Shown one piece after another: positions 56,930 through 64,000 of a stretch of 64,000 nt of DNA. This DNA is from Candidatus Deferrimicrobiaceae bacterium. Lineage in GTDB: Bacteria; Desulfobacterota; Deferrimicrobia; Deferrimicrobiales; Deferrimicrobiaceae. The stretch's first letter is position 1. Every line of letters begins with the position of its first letter. The notes beneath the pieces were generated by a model. That model was not told the origin of the DNA and searched no databases. It worked only from the letters and a program-made list of their open reading frames with translations. The stretch is taken from the NCBI GenBank assembly GCA_963792415.1, contig CAWBVY010000006.1, forward strand, positions 768,001-832,000, given 5' to 3'. Both the position numbers and the translations under genes were made by a program.

Positions 56930-57508
56930 TCACCCCTTCCGGCCGGGACCCTTCGCCGGCGAGAGGCGGCTCGTGGTCGACTCCATCGTGATCTTCCCCT
57001 CCCCCCATTCCCAGGAGAGGTTCTTCCCCTCGACGGAGACGCCCGGGCCCTCGATCCTCGCCGGTCCGGGAACGCGAAGGACCGATCCCGCCAGGTCCAG
57101 CGTCGCCGGGGAGAGTTCCCCCGTCCATCCGCCCTTCCGTGCGACCCGGCACCCGTCGGGAAGCCCGATCGTCTTCCCGTCGAGGTCCCACGCCGCCCGC
57201 GGCGCGCGTACGGTCGTCCCGGCGAACGGCGATCCTTCCCCGAGATAAACCGTCACACCCCCGGCGGAAAGCGTCCGGCTCGCGTACCCGTAGAGCGCCC
57301 CGTCCGCGTCGAGGCGGTTCCACGACCCGTCGTCGTGGAGTTCCCGCACATCGACGGGCCCCAGCAGGATCTCCGGACTGCTGCCGGCCGTCTCCTGTTC
57401 CACCACCCCCGCCGGCGCGGCGACGAAGGTCGGAGTCAGGGCGGAACGGACCGCGAGGACCAGCACCAGGAGGGCCATCGCGGCCCACGGGAGGAGACGG
57501 GCGTTCAT
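56930..57508 (-). CDS. Divergent LptC-like protein
   Basis: N-terminal TM then beta-rich domain; occupies the lptC slot between kdsC and lptA. Confidence 0.6.
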   Translation of the reverse strand: MNARLLPWAAMALLVLVLAVRSALTPTFVAAPAGVVEQETAGSSPEILLGPVDVRELHDDGSWNRLDADGALYGYASRTLSAGGVTVYLGEGSPFAGTTVRAPRAAWDLDGKTIGLPDGCRVARKGGWTGELSPATLDLAGSVLRVPGPARIEGPGVSVEGKNLSWEWGEGKITMESTTSRLSPAKGPGRKG

Positions 57509-58062
57509 CCTGCCTCTCCCCCGGAAAAGTACTTCGATGTCGCCGCTTCCCACGAGCCGCGGGAGCGGAGGACGAACTCGACGACCTCCCGCACCGCCCC
57601 ACGCCCGCCGGGACGCGACGCGACGAAGTGCACCGCGTCGAGAACGTACGGTTCCGCGTCGGAGGGAGCCGCCGAGAACCCGACGGCCCGAAGGAGCGGG
57701 AGATCCACGATGTCGTCCCCCACGTAGGCGGTCTCGCCCGGATGGAAGCCGCTCCCGGCGAGGATATCGCGCCACGCCGTCACCTTGTCCTTGGCCCCCT
57801 GCCGCACGATGTCGATCCCCAGTTCCCGCGCCCGGATCGCGACGACCCCGGAGGTGCGCCCCGTGATGATCCCGACCGCCACCCCCGCGCGCTGCAGCAT
57901 CTTGAGCCCGTGGCCGTCCCGAACGTCGAAACGCTTCGTCTCGACCCCGGCGGCGTCGTAGATGATCCCCCCGTCCGTCAGCACCCCGTCCACGTCGGTC
58001 AGGAAGAGCCGGACCCGCGCCGCGCCCGCCGCCGCGCCTTGCCGCACCACCGGGCCGCTCAT
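57505..58062 (-). CDS. kdsC: KDO 8-phosphate phosphatase (HAD family)
   Basis: DVDGVLTDG, DGHG, GDDIVD, GGRGAVRE. Confidence 0.94.
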   Translation of the reverse strand: MSGPVVRQGAAAGAARVRLFLTDVDGVLTDGGIIYDAAGVETKRFDVRDGHGLKMLQRAGVAVGIITGRTSGVVAIRARELGIDIVRQGAKDKVTAWRDILAGSGFHPGETAYVGDDIVDLPLLRAVGFSAAPSDAEPYVLDAVHFVASRPGGRGAVREVVEFVLRSRGSWEAATSKYFSGGEAG

Positions 58063-59027
58063 CCGACTCCCGCCTTGAGAAGATCGTGGACGTGGACGAT
58101 CCCCACGGGCCGGTCGGGGTCGTCGGGATGGAAGACGAACAGGCTGGTGATCGAAAACTCCTCCATTCTCCTCAACGCGGCCGCCGCCAGCTCGGTCGAC
58201 GCGATTCCCTTCGGCGAAGGGGTCATGACGGAGCCCGCGGTCGTGCTGAAAAGGTCCACCCCCGCCGAGGTCGCCCGCCGAACGTCGCCGTCGGTGATGA
58301 TCCCCACGAGTCGACCCTCGCCGTCGGCAACCCCCGTCACCCCAAGCCGTTTCGCGCTGATCGTGAACAGGGCGTCTTTCAGCGGCGTGTTCGGGGAGAC
58401 CAGCGGGATCTCGTCCCCCGTGTGCATCAGGTCCGAAGTCGTCTGCAGGCGCCGGCCGAGGGCGCCGCCCGGGTGCAGACTCGCGAAGTCTTCCTCGGAG
58501 AACCCCTTCTCCTCGAAGAGGACGACCGCCAGCGCGTCCCCCATCGCCAGCGCCGCCGTCGTCGAGGCGGTGGGCGCCAGGCCGAGAGGGCACGCCTCCT
58601 CCCGCACCCCCACGTCGAGGGTCACGTCCGCGTACCGGCCGAGCGTGGAGCCCGCGTCCCCCGTGAGGGCGATCACCGGCAGTCCCATTCGTTGGAAGAC
58701 GGGCATCAGGCGGACGATCTCCTCGGTCTCCCCGGAGTTGGAGAGGACGATCACCACGTCCCCGCGCCGCACCATCCCGATGTCGCCATGGATTCCCTCC
58801 GCGGGATGGAGGAAGAATGCCGGGGTCCCGGTGGAGGCGAGGGTCGCCGCGATCTTCCGGGCGATCAGTCCCGACTTCCCCATCCCGGAGACGATGACCT
58901 TTCCCGGGGCCGCCCGCAGCAGGTCGACTGCCTTCGCGAATCGTCCGTCGAGCTTCCCCCGCATCCCCTCGATCGCCGCCGCCTCCACGGCGAGGACCCT
59001 GTCGGCCCGATCGACGCGGTCATTCAT
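58059..59027 (-). CDS. kdsD: Arabinose 5-phosphate isomerase (SIS + CBS)
   Basis: GMGKSG, HPAEGIHGD, APTAST, HPGGALG. Confidence 0.95.
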   Translation of the reverse strand: MNDRVDRADRVLAVEAAAIEGMRGKLDGRFAKAVDLLRAAPGKVIVSGMGKSGLIARKIAATLASTGTPAFFLHPAEGIHGDIGMVRRGDVVIVLSNSGETEEIVRLMPVFQRMGLPVIALTGDAGSTLGRYADVTLDVGVREEACPLGLAPTASTTAALAMGDALAVVLFEEKGFSEEDFASLHPGGALGRRLQTTSDLMHTGDEIPLVSPNTPLKDALFTISAKRLGVTGVADGEGRLVGIITDGDVRRATSAGVDLFSTTAGSVMTPSPKGIASTELAAAALRRMEEFSITSLFVFHPDDPDRPVGIVHVHDLLKAGVG

Positions 59028-59862
59028 CACGGGTCGCCTCCCCCCCCGCCGCGGCACGGATCGCGAGGAGCGTTCGCAGGAGCGGCTCCACGTCGGCCAG
59101 GGGCAGGCTGTTCGGCCCGTCGGACAGCGCACGGTCCGGATCGGGGTGGATCTCGAGGAAGAGACCGTCCACGCCCGCCGCAACGGCCGCCCGCGCCAGG
59201 GGGGCCACGTACCTCCGCTCGCCGGAGGAGACGTTGCCCGCCCCGCCGGGAAGCTGCACGCTGTGGGTGGCGTCGAAGATCACCGGGCAGATCGACTCGC
59301 GGATCGCCGGGAGCCCCCGGAAGTCGACCACCAGGTTGTTGTACCCGAAGGTGGTCCCCCGCTCCGTAACCAGGACGTTTTCGTTGCCCGTGGAACAAAC
59401 CTTTTCAACCGCGTTGCGCATCTCCCACGGCGCCATGAACTGCCCCTTTTTGATGTTCACCGCCACGCCCGTCTCCCCCGCAGCAACGAGCAGGTCGGTC
59501 TGGCGGCACAGGAACGCCGGGATCTGGAGCAGGTCGACCCCGGGTGCGACGGCGGCGGCCTGCCGGGGATCATGGACGTCGGTGGTAACGGGAAGGCCAT
59601 GCCGCTCCCGCACCTTCGCGAGGATGCGAATCCCCTCGGCCTCGCCCGGCCCGCGGTACGAGGCGCGGGAGGAACGGTTCGCCTTGTCGAACGACCCCTT
59701 GAACACCACATGGAAAGAGAGCCGGGCGGCAAGATCCGCGAGGAAGGCGGCGACGGAGAGGGCGAGTTCCTCGGACTCGAGGACGCACGGCCCCGCGATG
59801 AGCAGGGGCGGGCATCCGGGGCCTACGCTGAACCGGTTCGCGATGGAGACCCGACGGATCAT
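59020..59862 (-). CDS. kdsA: KDO 8-phosphate synthase
   Basis: AGPCVLE, FDKANRSS, QIPAFLCRQT, DATHSVQ, SDGPN. Confidence 0.96.
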   Translation of the reverse strand: MIRRVSIANRFSVGPGCPPLLIAGPCVLESEELALSVAAFLADLAARLSFHVVFKGSFDKANRSSRASYRGPGEAEGIRILAKVRERHGLPVTTDVHDPRQAAAVAPGVDLLQIPAFLCRQTDLLVAAGETGVAVNIKKGQFMAPWEMRNAVEKVCSTGNENVLVTERGTTFGYNNLVVDFRGLPAIRESICPVIFDATHSVQLPGGAGNVSSGERRYVAPLARAAVAAGVDGLFLEIHPDPDRALSDGPNSLPLADVEPLLRTLLAIRAAAGGEATRDE

Positions 59863-59877
59863 GCGCCCTCCCATCGG

Positions 59878-61487
<1,610 letters not shown>

Positions 61488-61509
<22 letters not shown>

Positions 61510-62243
61510 ACCCTCTCCTCCACGGCTTTCAGATCCTCGGGGGTGTCCACACCGACCGAGTCGTGCGCGACGTCGACCACGCGGATCCGGTACCCCGCCT
61601 GGAGCACGCGGAGCTGCTCGAGCCGCTCCGCCTCCTCGAGGGGGGAGGGCCGAAGGGCCGCGATGCGGAAAAGGAACTCCCGGCGGTAGCCGTAGATCCC
61701 CAGGTGCTTCCGGTACGGCCCCGCTCCCGTATCCCGGTAATGCGGAACCGGGGACCGGGAGAAGTAGAGCGCGTCGCCCCGGGCGTCGACCACCACCTTG
61801 ACCACGGAGGCGCGCACGTATTCGCCCGGGTCGACCTGGGGGAGCGCCGCCGTCGACATCAGGACGCCGGAATCGGCGAGCAGGGGCGCGGCCACCGCGT
61901 CGATGACCGACGGGTGCATCAGCGGCTCGTCCCCCTGCAGGTTGATCAGGATCTCCTCGTCCATCGCGCGGGCCGCCTCGGCAACCCGGTCGGTTCCGGA
62001 GGCGCATTCGGGGGAGGTGAGAACCGCCTCGCCCCCGAACCCGCGGACCACCGAAACGATCCGCGCGTCATCGGTCGCGACCACGACGCGCGACGGGACC
62101 TTCGCGGCGCTCGCCTTGCTCCAGACATACCATACCATCGGGCGCCCGTCGATTTCGGCCAGCGGCTTGCCCGGCAGCCGTGACGCGCCGTAGCGCGCGG
62201 GGATCACCACCGCGACCCGTTCACCCGCCCCTTTCGCTCTCAC
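61488..62243 (-). CDS. kdsB: CMP-KDO synthetase
   Basis: [34 protein letters not shown]. Confidence 0.96.
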
Positions 62244-63292
62244 GGGAACAGGGGCATCGCCCGGAGCCCCTCTTCCTCGGGGAATCCCGACATCAGGTTG
62301 AAGCATTGCACCGCCGCCCCGGCCGCGCCCTTCACGAGGTTGTCGATCGCGGAGACGACCACCACCCGCCGGCTCTTCTCGTCCACCCGCCACGCGATGT
62401 CGCAGAAGTTGCTTCCCAGCACGTCCTTCGTGGACGGAAGCGGCCCCGGCGGCAGCAGGCGGACGAACGGCTCTTTCCCGTACCGTTTCCGGTATGCCGC
62501 CTCCACGTCCTCCGCGGTCACCTTGCCCTTCGCGGTGGCGTAGCAGGTAGCGAGGATTCCGCGGACCATCGGTATCAGGTGCGGGACGAAGGTGATCGCC
62601 ACCGTTCCCCCCGCGGCGATCGTCAACTCCTGGTCCATCTCCGGGTTGTGGCGGTGCTTCGGCAGCCCGTAGGGCCGGACGCCCCCCTCGACCTCCGGGT
62701 AGTGAAAACCGAGGGTGGGACCCCGCCCGCCGCCGGAAACGCCGGTCTTGCAATCCGCCACGATCCCCTTCCGGTCGATGAGCCCTTCCTCGAGGAGCGG
62801 GTACAGGCCCAGGATCACCGCGGTGGGGAAGCAGCCCGGTACGGCGGCAAGGCGTGTCTTCCGGATCCCCGCCCGGTGGATCTCGGGAAGGCCGTAGACC
62901 GCTTTCGCGGCAAGGGCCGCGCTCTTGTGGGCGACACCGTAGACCGACTCGTACAGCGGGATGCTCCGGAACCGGAAATCGGCCGACAGGTCTATCACAG
63001 GAATCCCCCGGGACAGAAGCGGCCCCGCAACCGAGGACGACACGGTGTGCGGAAGGGCGAGGAAGGCGACATCGAACCCTGCGGACAGCATTCGCTCCAT
63101 CGTCCCGAAGGAGACGCCGGCAAGCTTCCCCTTGAAGGGAGGGAACGCCTGCCCGATCGGCTGCGAGGAGTACTGCTCCGATGTGAGGACTTCGATCCTC
63201 ACCCCGGGGTGGGACAGGAGCAGCCGGATCAACTCGAAGCCGGTGTACCCCGTCGCCCCGAAGATCGCCACGCGCTTCATCCGCTTTTCCAT
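62240..63292 (-). CDS. argC: N-acetyl-gamma-glutamyl-phosphate reductase (start 63292 or 63280)
   Basis: GATGYTG, DLSADFR, VYGLPE, PGCFPT, HRHNPE, DNLVKGAAG. Confidence 0.96.
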   Translation of the reverse strand: MEKRMKRVAIFGATGYTGFELIRLLLSHPGVRIEVLTSEQYSSQPIGQAFPPFKGKLAGVSFGTMERMLSAGFDVAFLALPHTVSSSVAGPLLSRGIPVIDLSADFRFRSIPLYESVYGVAHKSAALAAKAVYGLPEIHRAGIRKTRLAAVPGCFPTAVILGLYPLLEEGLIDRKGIVADCKTGVSGGGRGPTLGFHYPEVEGGVRPYGLPKHRHNPEMDQELTIAAGGTVAITFVPHLIPMVRGILATCYATAKGKVTAEDVEAAYRKRYGKEPFVRLLPPGPLPSTKDVLGSNFCDIAWRVDEKSRRVVVVSAIDNLVKGAAGAAVQCFNLMSGFPEEEGLRAMPLFP

Positions 63293-63350
63293 CCCTCCCA
63301 TTGTATAAGGTTTCGCGGTGGAAAATCCCCGCCCGCTTCAGCCCCCGGAC

Positions 63351-63390
63351 AAAAAGGAAGGGGAAGGCGGGTTGCCCGGCCTTCCCCTTC
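63351..63390 (-). terminator. Intrinsic terminator after rplM-rpsI
   Basis: Minus strand GAAGGGGAAGGC...GCCTTCCCCTTC stem followed by CTTTTT. Confidence 0.8.
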
Positions 63391-63432
63391 GGGAGATCGC
63401 TCGATTCGGGGCGCCTTCGCCCCTTCCGCGGC

Positions 63433-63825
63433 TTACCGCTTGGAGAACTGGAACCGTTTCCGGGCCCCCGGCTGGCCGTACTTTTTCCGCTCCTTGATCC
63501 GCGCGTCACGGGTCAGGAACCCCGCGCGCTTCAACAGCGTCCGAAGCTCGGGGTTCTCGATCTGCAGCGCCTTCGCGATGCCGAATTTGACCGACTCGGC
63601 CTGGGACATGGGGCCGCCGCCGCCGATGTTCACGTCGACGTCGACGAGCGTCCGCTTTCCGGTCAGCACCAGGGGCTGTGTCGCGACCGCGCGAAGCGCC
63701 AGCACCGGGAAGTACTCCTCGAACTCCCGGCCGTTGACGGTGATGCGACCGGCCCCTGCCTTGACGTACACGCGGGCGACCGCGGTCTTCCGTTTCCCCG
63801 TGGCGTAAATTCTCGCTTGAGCCAT
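63433..63825 (-). CDS. rpsI: 30S ribosomal protein S9
   Basis: ATGKRKTAVARV, GGG, RDARIKERKKYG..ARKRFQFSKR. Confidence 0.98.
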   Translation of the reverse strand: MAQARIYATGKRKTAVARVYVKAGAGRITVNGREFEEYFPVLALRAVATQPLVLTGKRTLVDVDVNIGGGGPMSQAESVKFGIAKALQIENPELRTLLKRAGFLTRDARIKERKKYGQPGARKRFQFSKR

Positions 63826-63841
63826 GGTACGGTGGTTCCTC

Positions 63842-64000
63842 CTATTCGTTGACGGCCAGAACCTTCGGCTGCTGCGCCTTATGCGGGTGTTCCGGCCCCA
63901 CATAGACCTTGAGCTTGGTGAAGAGCCGGTCGCCCAGCCGCGTTTTCGGGAGCATCCCGCGGACCGCCCATTCCACGATCCGTTCCGGGTGCGCACTCCC
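63842..64000 (-). CDS. rplM: 50S ribosomal protein L13, C-terminal part only
   Basis: Manual translation ...[34 protein letters not shown]...; upstream of rpsI. Confidence 0.93.
   Translation of the reverse strand, partial: GSAHPERIVEWAVRGMLPKTRLGDRLFTKLKVYVGPEHPHKAQQPKVLAVNE

Noticed and set aside
63293-63328. Leaderless argC promoter (TACAAT 7 nt before ATG 63292)
   Set aside because: No credible -35 or extended -10, and the start codon is ambiguous; too weak to call.

Overview
High-GC bacterial core-genome window with a deltaproteobacterial-type gene order (Desulfobacterota/Myxococcota/MBNT15-like; taxonomy is inference). Almost every gene is on the minus strand; only lptF-lptG are on plus. 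In transcription order (right to left): rplM(partial)-rpsI-argC-kdsB-pyrG-kdsA-kdsD-kdsC-lptC-like-lptA-lptB-rpoN-hpf-ptsN-hprK-rapZ-mannose-family PTS IIA/IIB/IIC/IID-HPr-EI-metK-ahcY; then lptFG (+); ribF-htrA-small RomX-like protein-rluD-pgeF-rho-rpmE-thyX-DUF1385-prfA-prmC-murA-hisDBHAFI-HIT; rpsU-yqeY-dnaG-rpoD-tRNA-Ile2(CAU)-nif3-C4 zinc ribbon-rnhA-rnpB; and the full dcw cluster (mraZ to ftsZ), followed by a radical-SAM gene running off the left edge. I see no CRISPR array, prophage, integrase, transposase or defence system, and I cannot support a claim of a major new system here. The best leads are: a 164-bp MITE-like element with TAA flanks after ftsZ, a structured metK-ahcY spacer, a probable RomX homologue, a probable CTG start for murA, an HprK with His->Gln at a conserved site, and a his operon lacking hisG/hisC/hisE but coupled to a HIT hydrolase. 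Start coordinates were refined by eye from the ORF track.
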